This document shows, piece by piece, positions 33,346-42,258 of a stretch of 42,258 nucleotides of DNA. Origin of the DNA: a virus (taxonomy: Duplodnaviria; Caudoviricetes); the IMG/VR virus record IMGVR_UViG_3300048891_000046, positions 1 to 42,258 of that record. One strand, given 5' to 3'. Every line of letters begins with the position of its first letter. The first letter of the stretch is position 1. The position numbers and the translations under genes are program-made. Below the pieces are notes generated by a model. It saw only the letters and a program-made list of their open reading frames with translations. It was not told the origin of the DNA and searched no databases.

Positions 33346-34815
33346 ATGAGCACCACTTACGGCGTCCGCATCACCGACATGCCGGACCTTGGCCCGGTCA
33401 CCGACAGCAGTTCCGTCGTCGGCGAGCACGCGGGTTCGGGCCGTTTCGGCGCCGTCGCGCTGCGCGATTATGTCGGCACGTATCTGAAACAGTCTTTGCC
33501 GGTCAACGCGCGGGACCACGGCGCGACGGGCAACGGTTCGACCGACGACACGGCGGCGCTTCAGGCGGCCTTCGACGCCGCCGCGGCGTCCGGCGGAACC
33601 GTGATCATCCCCGTGGGCACGTATCGCATCACCGACACGCTCGCCATCGGCAACGGCGCCGAGGGGGCGCTTTCGACCAAGGCCGGGATCATGGTGATCG
33701 GCGCCGTGCCACCGCCGTTTCCCGATATTCTGGGAGCGCAATGGACGCCGATCCTTGCGGCGACGCCCTGCACGCGCATCGTCTGGGACGGCGCGTCGAA
33801 CGTCGGCAAGGCGATGATCGAAATCCGCGGCCCGCTGTGCTCATGGGGCCTGCGGAACCTGTTTCTCGAAGGCGCCAACAAGGCGGATCACGGCCTGCTC
33901 ATCACCTCCGCCATGCGCGGCGACTGCGAAAACCTGACCATCGCGAACTGCCTCGCCAACCAGATTTATTCCACGACCCGCGTCGCCTCCCCCGGCGGCG
34001 CGCTCGCCAACGCGATGCATAATTCGTTCCGTAACATTATCGTGTCGGTCGCGTGGGGCCGGGACTTCAGTTGCGGCGTTCGGCTCGACGGCAACGCCAG
34101 CGGCAACACCTGCTATTGCGCGTTTGATGATCTGTTCGTTTCGATGGCGTCGAGCACGGCGATCACCACCGTGTTCGGGGTTTATTTGAAGGCGTGCGAC
34201 AGCAACAACTTCATCGGCGTCCATTTCCTGAACGCTCCCTCGGACAAGGGGTGCGCGGTGATGTACGACTATAACGGCACCTCGGCCGACTGGCCCGCCG
34301 CCAATACGTTCTGGAACGCCGATTGGGGCGGCCTCACCGCGCCGGTGCAATGGGCCGGCACGCCCGGCTCATCGGCCGCCTTCAACACCATCGCCGCCAT
34401 CAATCAATGTAACGGCGGGCATTATCCCGACCCGCATACGCCGAACCTGTCCGTCGTCAACGGCACGGTGGCCCAGGCCAGGCTGGACAATCAAACCGCG
34501 GCGGTGCCCGGTACGCTGTTGTATGATCCTCCCGGCATGTTCGGCGGCATGTTCGAGTGCCACTACTACCTGATGACCAGCAACAGCACGGCATCCGGCG
34601 GCACCATCGGCCTGTTTTTCAGTTGGCTCGATGGGGTCGGTAACGGGACGCATGCCAGCGCGACGGTGGTCGCCGGCCCGACCGGGGGCAATAACATCCA
34701 CGGCTCGTTCTCGTTCTTCGCCCGCGATGCGATCCAGTTCGCCACCAGCCTCGCCGGCATTCCGGCGGGTTCGCCGGTCTACGCGGTGCAAATCGCGCTG
34801 TCGCGGATCGCCTGA
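33346..34815 (+). CDS. Tailspike with pectate-lyase-like beta-helix
   Basis: NARDHGATGNGSTDDTAALQAA...IPVGTYRI cap motif. Confidence 0.85.
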   Translation: MSTTYGVRITDMPDLGPVTDSSSVVGEHAGSGRFGAVALRDYVGTYLKQSLPVNARDHGATGNGSTDDTAALQAAFDAAAASGGTVIIPVGTYRITDTLAIGNGAEGALSTKAGIMVIGAVPPPFPDILGAQWTPILAATPCTRIVWDGASNVGKAMIEIRGPLCSWGLRNLFLEGANKADHGLLITSAMRGDCENLTIANCLANQIYSTTRVASPGGALANAMHNSFRNIIVSVAWGRDFSCGVRLDGNASGNTCYCAFDDLFVSMASSTAITTVFGVYLKACDSNNFIGVHFLNAPSDKGCAVMYDYNGTSADWPAANTFWNADWGGLTAPVQWAGTPGSSAAFNTIAAINQCNGGHYPDPHTPNLSVVNGTVAQARLDNQTAAVPGTLLYDPPGMFGGMFECHYYLMTSNSTASGGTIGLFFSWLDGVGNGTHASATVVAGPTGGNNIHGSFSFFARDAIQFATSLAGIPAGSPVYAVQIALSRIA

Positions 34816-36338
34816 TGTCAGGCACCGCCGCTGTCACGGACACCACCGCCGCCGCGCTCCAGAAGGCGCTGGCGCCTAAGACCGGAATGCAGCGGATTCC
34901 GTTTCCGCTGGAATCTTATCGGCACGTCTCGCAGCCGCTGTCGCAGAAATACCTGCTCAACCTGATGGCGGAGCAGGAGCCGGCCGACGCGCTGACGGCC
35001 GCCGCGCTGGTCTCCACGCCCGGTCTCGTCGATAGCGGCTGGGGCTTCGGCGCCGGTCCCGTGCTGGCGATGAACTACGACATGCCGGGCTCGCTCTACG
35101 CGGTTTCCGGCACCCACTTCTACCGGCTGACGCACCCGGTTTCCGGCGCCACGGTGATCGAGGATCTGGGCGACGTGGGCACGGCGACGGGCGACAATGT
35201 CTGGCCCTACGATCTCATGCCGACGATCGCGGTCGGCCCGGTCGGCGCCGTCGTCTGCGTGCCGCCAAACGCCTGGGTGTGCGATCACTCCGGCGGCATC
35301 AACCAGATCGGCGGCGAGTTCCCCGGCGCCCGCTCGGTGGCCTATATAGACGGATACTACGTTTATACTTCGACCGAGGTCGGCGCGCGGTTCTTCTGCA
35401 ACCTGCTGCAAGACCCGACCGCGTTCGACGCGCTCGACTTCGCCTACGCCGACGCGATGCCCAACCTGCTGCACCGCGTCGTCGCGATGAACGGCGATTT
35501 GTGGTTCCTCGGCGATGCCGGGATCGAGGTCTGGTATAACGCCGGATCGTCGGGCCTGGAGACGACGCCGGGTACCTCGTTCTTTCCGTTCCGCCGCCGC
35601 GCCGGGGGCGTGATCTCGTCCGGCGTGGCGGCCATCCGCTCGGTCGCCTGGGGCGACAATTCGCTGTTCTGGCTCGGTGAGGGAGGTATCGTGTTCCGCT
35701 CTCAGGGCTATCGTCCGGTGCGGATTTCGACCCACGCGCTGGAACAGCAATTCCGCTTCCGGGGGCTGCAAAACGTGCTCTCGGCGCTGACCTACATCCA
35801 GGACGGCAAGACGTTCTACGTGCTGTCCTATACAACCGCGACGTTCGTCTATGATTGCGCGACCGGGCTGTGGCACAACCGCGCCTCGTCGCTGGACGGC
35901 TCCGGACCCTGGCGACCGGCCGCCGTCGCGCAGTTCTCCGGCTCGCACCTGTTCGGCGACAGCCTCTCGGGGCGGCTGTTCTTCCTGGAGCCGGACATCG
36001 GCACGGACGACGGTGTCGAGGTGCTGCGGCAATTCACCTTGCCGCCGCTGTTCGCCACGACCCGGAGGGCGTTCTGCTCGCGGCTGGAGGTCGAGATGGA
36101 AACCGGCGGCGTGGCCTCGCCGCGGGAGATCTTCGTGGTGTGGTCGGACGACGGCGGCCGGAACATCACCTCGGGCGTACGGACGCTGAAAACTGGCGAG
36201 ATGACGGAAACCCGCAAGCGCGCCTTCACGACCCGGCTCGGCTCGTTCCGTGGCCGCACGTTCACCGTGACGACGCGGCACACCGACCGGGTGGCGTTTT
36301 ACGCGGTTGACGCCGATATCACGCCGGGGGTCACCTGA
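34815..36338 (+). CDS. Tail hub / packaged-DNA stabilization protein (P22 gp10-like)
   Basis: FDALDFAYA..PN, IEVWYNAG, RISTHALE, YDCATGLWH, WSDDGG, RLGSFR. Confidence 0.88.
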   Translation: MSGTAAVTDTTAAALQKALAPKTGMQRIPFPLESYRHVSQPLSQKYLLNLMAEQEPADALTAAALVSTPGLVDSGWGFGAGPVLAMNYDMPGSLYAVSGTHFYRLTHPVSGATVIEDLGDVGTATGDNVWPYDLMPTIAVGPVGAVVCVPPNAWVCDHSGGINQIGGEFPGARSVAYIDGYYVYTSTEVGARFFCNLLQDPTAFDALDFAYADAMPNLLHRVVAMNGDLWFLGDAGIEVWYNAGSSGLETTPGTSFFPFRRRAGGVISSGVAAIRSVAWGDNSLFWLGEGGIVFRSQGYRPVRISTHALEQQFRFRGLQNVLSALTYIQDGKTFYVLSYTTATFVYDCATGLWHNRASSLDGSGPWRPAAVAQFSGSHLFGDSLSGRLFFLEPDIGTDDGVEVLRQFTLPPLFATTRRAFCSRLEVEMETGGVASPREIFVVWSDDGGRNITSGVRTLKTGEMTETRKRAFTTRLGSFRGRTFTVTTRHTDRVAFYAVDADITPGVT

Positions 36339-36877
36339 TGGCGCTCGCCCCGCCCTTCCTCGATGCCCCGCTGACCGGCGCGGGCAACCAGTACAGCCAC
36401 GCCTGGACGGCATACCACCAGGAGGTGGCGGACGCGATCGACCGGATCGAGGCGGCCGCCGGCGTCACCAACGGCTCCGACGCGGGCGCCGGGCAGGTCG
36501 GCGAGTGGCTGTCCTCGGTCGTCGCCACGCCGGCCGGAATCGGCAACAACGTTCTGACCAACCTCACCTCGCTGTCGCTGACGGCGGGCGATTGGGACGT
36601 GCGCGGCGAGGTGTGGTTTCAACTCGGCTCCGGGCCGACCGGGAGTTGTCAGGCGGGCATTTCCACACAGGCGAACCAGTTGCCCGGCGCCCCGGGTACG
36701 GGTTCACGGACGACGCAGACCTTCACGTATACGGCGAACTCGCCCCAGGTGTTGCCGCTCGCGACCTGCCGGATGTCGCTGAACGCCGCCGTGACGGTGT
36801 GGCTGGTCGCGGCGTGCGGGTTCTCGTCGGGCACGGCGAGCGCGTATGGACGGATGGATGCGCGGAGGGTGCGATGA
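36338..36877 (+). CDS. Virion structural protein (needle/knob position)
   Basis: TNGSDAGAGQVGE, SLSLTAGDWDV; follows the gp10-like gene. Confidence 0.6.
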   Translation: MALAPPFLDAPLTGAGNQYSHAWTAYHQEVADAIDRIEAAAGVTNGSDAGAGQVGEWLSSVVATPAGIGNNVLTNLTSLSLTAGDWDVRGEVWFQLGSGPTGSCQAGISTQANQLPGAPGTGSRTTQTFTYTANSPQVLPLATCRMSLNAAVTVWLVAACGFSSGTASAYGRMDARRVR

Positions 36878-37416
36878 GGTTCGTTCAGATCGCTTCGAAC
36901 GTCGATGTGGTGCCGGTGCTGCTGGAACTGAACCGCGCCGAAGACCTGTGGGATCGCAATCCGTTCCGCCGCCTGTATCCCGACACGCCCCACGCCGCCA
37001 TGACGGACATCGCCGTTCGTTACATGCCCGAGGGCGATGTCACGATGACGACGCGTCGGACGGAACACCGCAACGTGTTCTGGCCCGCGTGGCAACGACT
37101 GCCGTCGCTTCGCCCCATGGTGTTCGCGCTGATGACGCGCGTGCAGGCGGTGGAACTCGGAAGTATATTGCTGACGAAGTTGCCGGCCGGAAAGATAATC
37201 GAGCCGCATTCCGACGCGGGAAGCTGGGCGCCCACTTACTACAATTGCAAGGCGCACATCACGCTCGCCGGCTCGGCGCTGGTTTGTTGCGACGGCGAGG
37301 TATGCCGGTTCGCCGCTGGTACTATTTGGACGTTCGACAACCTGCTTAACCACGCGATTGAGAACGACGGCGACGGCGACAGGATCGTCTGCATCGTTTC
37401 CTTACGGTGTGAATGA
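36874..37416 (+). CDS. Asp/Asn beta-hydroxylase-like 2OG-Fe(II) oxygenase
   Basis: LPAGKIIEPHSD (HxD)...IWTFDNLLNHAIEN...DRIVCIV. Confidence 0.8.
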   Translation: MRFVQIASNVDVVPVLLELNRAEDLWDRNPFRRLYPDTPHAAMTDIAVRYMPEGDVTMTTRRTEHRNVFWPAWQRLPSLRPMVFALMTRVQAVELGSILLTKLPAGKIIEPHSDAGSWAPTYYNCKAHITLAGSALVCCDGEVCRFAAGTIWTFDNLLNHAIENDGDGDRIVCIVSLRCE

Positions 37417-37763
37417 TGAAACGCGCGGAGAACCAACCGGAGACGCTGAGCGCGACTGTCTACGCCGGGATCTATTACCGCGTCTGGTCGGTCGCCGACG
37501 CCGGGACGTTGCTTCCGCAGCACGCACACCTTTGGCCGCATCTGACGGCGGTGCTGCGCGGCACGGTGCGGGTCTGGCGTGGCGATGAGGATCTCGGCGC
37601 GTTCGCCGCCCCGGCGACGATCAGGATCGCGGCGCGGCAACTGCATTCGTTTCGCACCGAGACGGACGACTGTATGCTGGCCTGCATCCACAACGCCGAC
37701 CACGCCGATCCGGATGGCGAGCCAGCCATCCACGCCGAACATTTTCTCCCCCTGGAGGACTGA
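37413..37763 (+). CDS. Cupin-fold protein
   Basis: PQHAHLWPHLTAVLRG...IAARQLHSF...CIH. Confidence 0.75.
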   Translation: MMKRAENQPETLSATVYAGIYYRVWSVADAGTLLPQHAHLWPHLTAVLRGTVRVWRGDEDLGAFAAPATIRIAARQLHSFRTETDDCMLACIHNADHADPDGEPAIHAEHFLPLED

Positions 37764-37766
37764 GCC

Positions 37767-38420
37767 ATGCCGTTTACCGCGGCCGCGATTGGAGCCGGAG
37801 TTTCAGCCGCCGCGGGGATCGCCGGCGGCATCATGCAAAAGGGCGCGGTGGACAGCGCCACGAGCAAGGCCAACGCCGCGCAGCAGGCCGGACTGGTTCA
37901 GGCACGCGCCGATCTCGAACCATGGCGCACGACCGGCGGCACCGCCAACACGGCCACCGCCAACCTGCTTGGGTTGAACGGGCCGGACGCGGCGACCTCC
38001 GCGATGAACAACTTCCAGACGAGTCCGGGATACACCTGGTCCCGCGACCAGGGGTTGCGCGCGGTGGACGCCGGGGCCGCGGCGCACGGGCTGCTGCGCT
38101 CCGGCGCGACGCTCAAGGCGGAGCAGACGTTCGGCACGGGGTTGGCCGATCAGGAGTTCGGACAGTACTACAACAGGCTCTACCAATTATCAAACCTCGG
38201 CGAGAGCGCTGCGACCGGCAGCGCGACGGCGAGCCAGAACACCGCGAAGGACATCGCGGCAACCGATCTGAGCCAGGGCAGCGCGCTGGCTTCGATCTAC
38301 GGCAACACCGCACAAGGGATCGGGAACGCCGCCAACAGCTACGCGAACAACTCGCTGTATTCGAGCCGGACCAACGCGCTCGCGCCCAAGATCAGCAACG
38401 ACGCCACCCAATACGCATGA
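37767..38420 (+). CDS. DNA-transfer/ejection protein (P22 gp7-like)
   Basis: Gly/Ala N-terminus; LEPW..G, SPGY, AAAHGLLRSGATLKA. Confidence 0.75.
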   Translation: MPFTAAAIGAGVSAAAGIAGGIMQKGAVDSATSKANAAQQAGLVQARADLEPWRTTGGTANTATANLLGLNGPDAATSAMNNFQTSPGYTWSRDQGLRAVDAGAAAHGLLRSGATLKAEQTFGTGLADQEFGQYYNRLYQLSNLGESAATGSATASQNTAKDIAATDLSQGSALASIYGNTAQGIGNAANSYANNSLYSSRTNALAPKISNDATQYA

Positions 38421-38434
38421 TTGATCACTGACCC

Positions 38435-40795
38435 ATGCCCCAGTTCACCCCCTGGACCGTCCAGTCGCCGTTTCCCAACGTGCTCTACAACCCGGCGGCG
38501 GTGGATAAGAGCATCGCCGAGTCGCAGTCGCTGCTCGGCGAACTCGACATCAACCGGCAGAAACTGGGCCTGGAGCGCGAGAAACTCGACCAGGAACGGG
38601 CGGCGGGCGCGGCGTGGCTCAATAGCGGCGACGGGACGGGACAGACCGCCGGAGGGGGGAGCGGCGGCGACAGCACGACCGAGACGGCGGACGACCTGAC
38701 CCGCGCGGCGGCGGTGCGCGACGGGCTGATCAAGCGCGGGATGCAACCGGACGGCGCCACCGCGTTCGCCGCCAACGCGCTGCACGAAAGTAAGGCCAAT
38801 CCATTCACCGGCGCGGGCGACGCGGGGGCCTCGCACGGGATTTTCCAGTGGAACGGCGATCGGCTCGCGGCGTTCAAGGCGGCTAACGGCGGGCTGCTGC
38901 CGGAGCAGACCAGTCTCGACAAGCAACTCGATTTCGTCGTCTCCGAACTGCACGGCTCCGAGTCGACCGCGCTGGGCCGGATCATGGGCGCGCAAGGCGT
39001 CGGTGACAAAGCCGGGCAGGTGTCGGAGGCGTATCTACGGCCCAAGGACACGGTGCCGGAAATGCAGCGGCGCTCGGCCACGGCGCTACGGCTAGCGCTG
39101 GCGTGGGGTGGTCATGGTACCCCTGGTGCCCCCCCTGGTGCCCCCCCTGGCGCGCCGCTGCCCACGCCGCCGATTCCGCCGGAGGGTGGCCCGCCGTCCA
39201 ACCTCCCCGCCGGACCACGGGCCACGCAGCCCGACCCTGGGGCGAACGCGCCGGCACCCCCCATCGCGCCGGTCGTGACGGGTAACGCCGACACCTCGCC
39301 TGTCGTCCCGCAATCCACCATCGCGCTGCGGACGGGCGGGACGGACACGGCGGGACCAGGCGCCGGGCCAGAGCGTCCCGACGTGATCCTCGACGCCAAC
39401 GGGCGGCCGTTGTTACCGCCTGCCGCGGCGCCTAATAAAATGATGGTTGGGACCGGTATCCCCGGCGTTCAGATCGGCCTGCCCGGCAATCCCCTGGCGC
39501 CGCCTGGAGCCGCTCCGGGGGCCGTCACGCCACCGTCACAGCAGCAGGCCGCCCCAGGGGGAGCCACTCCGCCGCCGCCCGCCCAAAGGCCGGCCCTGCC
39601 ACCGCCGCCGCCCGCCGCGTCACGCTCGATCCCGCTGGAGCCGCTGCTTCAGTCCGGCCCCGGCCAGGGACTGACGCCGAGCCAGTTCAAGATCGCCGGC
39701 TCGATGATCGCGGCCGGGACGCCCATCGCGCAGGTCATGTCGCACGTCGAGCAATGGCGGCAGGCCAACCTGTCGAACCGCCAGCAGGCCGCGACGGCGG
39801 CGGCGGTGCAGGCGGAACAGGATTACCGTCGGCAAGAGGATTACCGGAAGGCCCAGGTCGAGGAAGCAAACACCCAATACACGCGGGGGCGGCAGTCTGA
39901 GACCGACAAACGTTCGGCAGAGGAACTCGCGATAAAGCAAGCGGCGGAAAAACGGGCCGCTGATGAGGCGGCGGCCAAGGCAGCCGACCCGCTACAGGGC
40001 AAGAGCGACGACGAGCGCATCGAGCGAACGCTGCTCCAGACCGCACCTAAACTCCGCCCCGGCTACTCCGGCCCACCGCCGACCGACGCGGAACTCGATC
40101 AATACAGCCTGTTATGGAACAAATACCATGAAGGGCCGCTGCAACAGATACCGGACGGGAAAGGCGGATTTTTCACCGGCAATGTGCCGCGCCAGGTTCC
40201 GGCGAGATTCCCGCCACCGCCTGGCCAAAACGTCGCGGCTGGGCCGCAACCGATACCCGGCACCGAACGGCTGCCGGAGATCGCGCCGCCGGTCGTCACG
40301 GGAGGAATGCTCGCGAACGGTATCGGCCAGCGTAAGATCATGAACGCCTTGAGCGGACTTCTCGCGCATCCCGACGCGGTGGGCCTCAAGGGCAACGCGC
40401 CGGAGTGGCTGTTGCAGCGCACCGATCCTGATGGCGTGCGATTGAGAGGCGATGTTTCGGATGTGGCGGGCCATGAATTTCATACCCTGTCCGGCGCGGC
40501 GGTCAGCCCAACGGAAGCATCGCGCCTGAAGTTCATCCCGAGCGAGAAGGACACCGCCGAGGCGCTCAAGACGAAGTTGCAGCGGATGCTGGAACTCAAC
40601 CGCGAGACGATGCTGCAATCTTACCGGACCTACGGTCCCGAGAATGGCGGGCGTCGTCTGCCCGCCGTGGAAGAGGCGATCGTTGACTCGATTCCCCAGG
40701 CCGCCATCGATCTGCTGAAGACGAATCCGAAAGACAACACGCGCGACTTCGAGAAGAAATACGGCCGAGGCGCCGCCAAACTGGTGTTGCAGTAA
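38435..40795 (+). CDS. Ejection protein with phage tail-lysozyme domain
   Basis: ANALHESKANP...SHGIFQWNGDRL...LDKQLDFVVSEL; long Pro-rich linker and coiled coil. Confidence 0.8.
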   Translation: MPQFTPWTVQSPFPNVLYNPAAVDKSIAESQSLLGELDINRQKLGLEREKLDQERAAGAAWLNSGDGTGQTAGGGSGGDSTTETADDLTRAAAVRDGLIKRGMQPDGATAFAANALHESKANPFTGAGDAGASHGIFQWNGDRLAAFKAANGGLLPEQTSLDKQLDFVVSELHGSESTALGRIMGAQGVGDKAGQVSEAYLRPKDTVPEMQRRSATALRLALAWGGHGTPGAPPGAPPGAPLPTPPIPPEGGPPSNLPAGPRATQPDPGANAPAPPIAPVVTGNADTSPVVPQSTIALRTGGTDTAGPGAGPERPDVILDANGRPLLPPAAAPNKMMVGTGIPGVQIGLPGNPLAPPGAAPGAVTPPSQQQAAPGGATPPPPAQRPALPPPPPAASRSIPLEPLLQSGPGQGLTPSQFKIAGSMIAAGTPIAQVMSHVEQWRQANLSNRQQAATAAAVQAEQDYRRQEDYRKAQVEEANTQYTRGRQSETDKRSAEELAIKQAAEKRAADEAAAKAADPLQGKSDDERIERTLLQTAPKLRPGYSGPPPTDAELDQYSLLWNKYHEGPLQQIPDGKGGFFTGNVPRQVPARFPPPPGQNVAAGPQPIPGTERLPEIAPPVVTGGMLANGIGQRKIMNALSGLLAHPDAVGLKGNAPEWLLQRTDPDGVRLRGDVSDVAGHEFHTLSGAAVSPTEASRLKFIPSEKDTAEALKTKLQRMLELNRETMLQSYRTYGPENGGRRLPAVEEAIVDSIPQAAIDLLKTNPKDNTRDFEKKYGRGAAKLVLQ

Positions 40796-42258
40796 TGGCC
40801 AACAAATTCGATCAGTTCGACGATCATCCGCCGTCCGGCGCCGTGCAGGAGGCCGGAACGACGGACCAGTCGGCGCCCCCGACTACCATCGCACGCGGCC
40901 TTGGCCTCGGCACGCGCGACGTGCTGGAGGGCACCGTGGGGCCGTTCTATGACCTCGCGGGCAGCGCGATCAACTACGGCGCGGGTCTGGCCGGGCAGGC
41001 CCCTCCGATCGCGCCGTTCTCGGAGAACCTGACGAAGATCGGCCTGCCGCAACCCGAAACACCGACCGAGAAAGCCATCTCCGGCGTCACGCGGCCGATG
41101 GCCGGGGTGTTGCCGTTCGTCGGCATCGGCGGGCGGCTGGCCGAAGCGGCCTCGCCCATCGTGCGAAGCGTCGGCGAGGCGCTGAGTTCGCAACCCGTGG
41201 GTCAGGTGGTGGCCGCCGGGGCGGGAGGCGCCGCGACCGAGGCGACCGGAGACCCGCGCATCGGCACCGCCGTTTCCATGGCCACCCCGTTCGCGGGCGC
41301 CGGAGCGCGCGCGGCCGGGCGGGAAATCGAACGCGGCGTCCTCAGTGGCGGCATCACGCGGGAGAACGCCGCCCTCGCGCAACGCGCCATGGACCGCTAC
41401 GGCATCCCCATCGCCGCGCACGACATGAGCGACAACTCGGTTATCCGCCTCGCCGCTGACCAGGGCGGCAAGCTGCCGTTCAGCGGCGCGGAAGCCGCGG
41501 ACAGGGTCAAGAAAATCGCCTGGCAGGGCGCCATCGCCCGCGAGATGGGCGAGCCCGGCGCGACCGCGTTCACCCCCGAGGTGCTGACCCGCGCGCGTGA
41601 CCGCATCGGCACCACCTTCGACGCCGTCGCCGGCCGAACATCTATCCCCCCGGCGGAAGCGGCGACCATGAACGCGGAGTTCGGCACCGTCCTGCCAGAC
41701 GCCAGACTGGCGTTGAACGAGCAGCAATTCGGCCAGGTTCAACGGCAGGTCGAGAACATCAACGGGATCATCGAGCGCAACGGCGGGCAGATCCCCGGCG
41801 ATGTGTATCAGACGCTCACCCACCACGGGGGGCCGCTGTCCCGCCTGGAGGGCAGCGCGGACCCCGATGTCGCGCACTACGCCGGTCGCATCCGCGACGC
41901 GCTCGACGATGCGTTCGTGCGTTCCGCGTCACCCAACGATCAGGCGGCGTTGACCGAGGCGCGCTACCAATACCGCGTCATGAGAACGGTCGATCAACTA
42001 GCGGCCGGCTCACGTGATGGCGGCATCACGCCGCTGGGCTTCATGAACGCGGTCAAGACCGCCTCGCGCCGATTTGATCCCGGCACTGGCGGCATGGCCT
42101 ACACGGGCGGCGGCAACATCGGCGAACTGGCCAGGATCGGGACGTTGATGCGACCGGCGCCGAATAGCGGCACCGCGGATCGCGCGCTGGTGACCGGGTT
42201 GGCGGTCGGAGCGCCGGCGGCGTTGTATCATGAGCCCACTGTCGCCGCCGGGACGCTG
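40795..42258 (+). CDS. Ejection/DNA-transfer protein (continues to 319 across the junction; about 551 aa)
   Basis: TAATG coupling; MANKFDQFDD start; Ala/Gly-rich; open to the window end and in frame with 2..319. Confidence 0.85.
   Translation, partial: MANKFDQFDDHPPSGAVQEAGTTDQSAPPTTIARGLGLGTRDVLEGTVGPFYDLAGSAINYGAGLAGQAPPIAPFSENLTKIGLPQPETPTEKAISGVTRPMAGVLPFVGIGGRLAEAASPIVRSVGEALSSQPVGQVVAAGAGGAATEATGDPRIGTAVSMATPFAGAGARAAGREIERGVLSGGITRENAALAQRAMDRYGIPIAAHDMSDNSVIRLAADQGGKLPFSGAEAADRVKKIAWQGAIAREMGEPGATAFTPEVLTRARDRIGTTFDAVAGRTSIPPAEAATMNAEFGTVLPDARLALNEQQFGQVQRQVENINGIIERNGGQIPGDVYQTLTHHGGPLSRLEGSADPDVAHYAGRIRDALDDAFVRSASPNDQAALTEARYQYRVMRTVDQLAAGSRDGGITPLGFMNAVKTASRRFDPGTGGMAYTGGGNIGELARIGTLMRPAPNSGTADRALVTGLAVGAPAALYHEPTVAAGTL
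42132..42258. repeat. Terminal direct repeat (copy 2)
   Basis: Identical to 1-127. Confidence 0.95.

Noticed and set aside
30339-33480. Diversity-generating retroelement or invertible tail-fibre switch
   Set aside because: No reverse transcriptase or invertase is visible. The shared segments are diverged N-terminal protein modules, not adenine-specific TR/VR pairs.
34818-36413. Long antisense ORFs (also 12178-13509, 19765-20898, 40630-41877)
   Set aside because: Shadow frames of real GC-rich genes, with no motifs or RBS.
39120-39155. CCCTGGTGCCCC tandem repeat
   Set aside because: Encodes PGAP repeats in the Pro-rich linker; period is a multiple of 3.
42132-42258. 127-bp terminal repeat as a biological phage terminal repeat or att site
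   Set aside because: The length equals a common assembly k-mer and it lies mid-gene; best explained as a circularisation overlap.

Overview
This window is a complete, circularly assembled, GC-rich phage genome of about 42.1 kb. Bases 1-127 are identical to 42132-42258, and one ejection-protein gene runs across that junction. Gene content points to a temperate, P22-like podovirus of an alphaproteobacterial host (host is inferred). It has a CI/Cro-like switch with ATAGG-N6-CCTAT operators, a DNA-modification cluster, and a primase-helicase followed by iterons. The late genes are terminase, portal, scaffold, capsid, adaptor, three fibre/spike genes, a gp10-like hub and ejection proteins. No integrase and no canonical endolysin are visible. 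Instead there is a plasmid-type rep gene with a structured leader, a candidate antisense RNA and a CopG-like gene. The most striking element is a cassette between scaffold and capsid: a solo RAMP/Cas7-like gene (22028-22615), directly followed by 33 in-phase pentamers of the form CGC-NN (22620-22784) and a wHTH-like gene. This is a candidate non-CRISPR RNA-guided system. Four tandem covarying pseudoknot-like motifs lie upstream of the capsid gene. All family calls come from motif recognition by eye; no database search was run.
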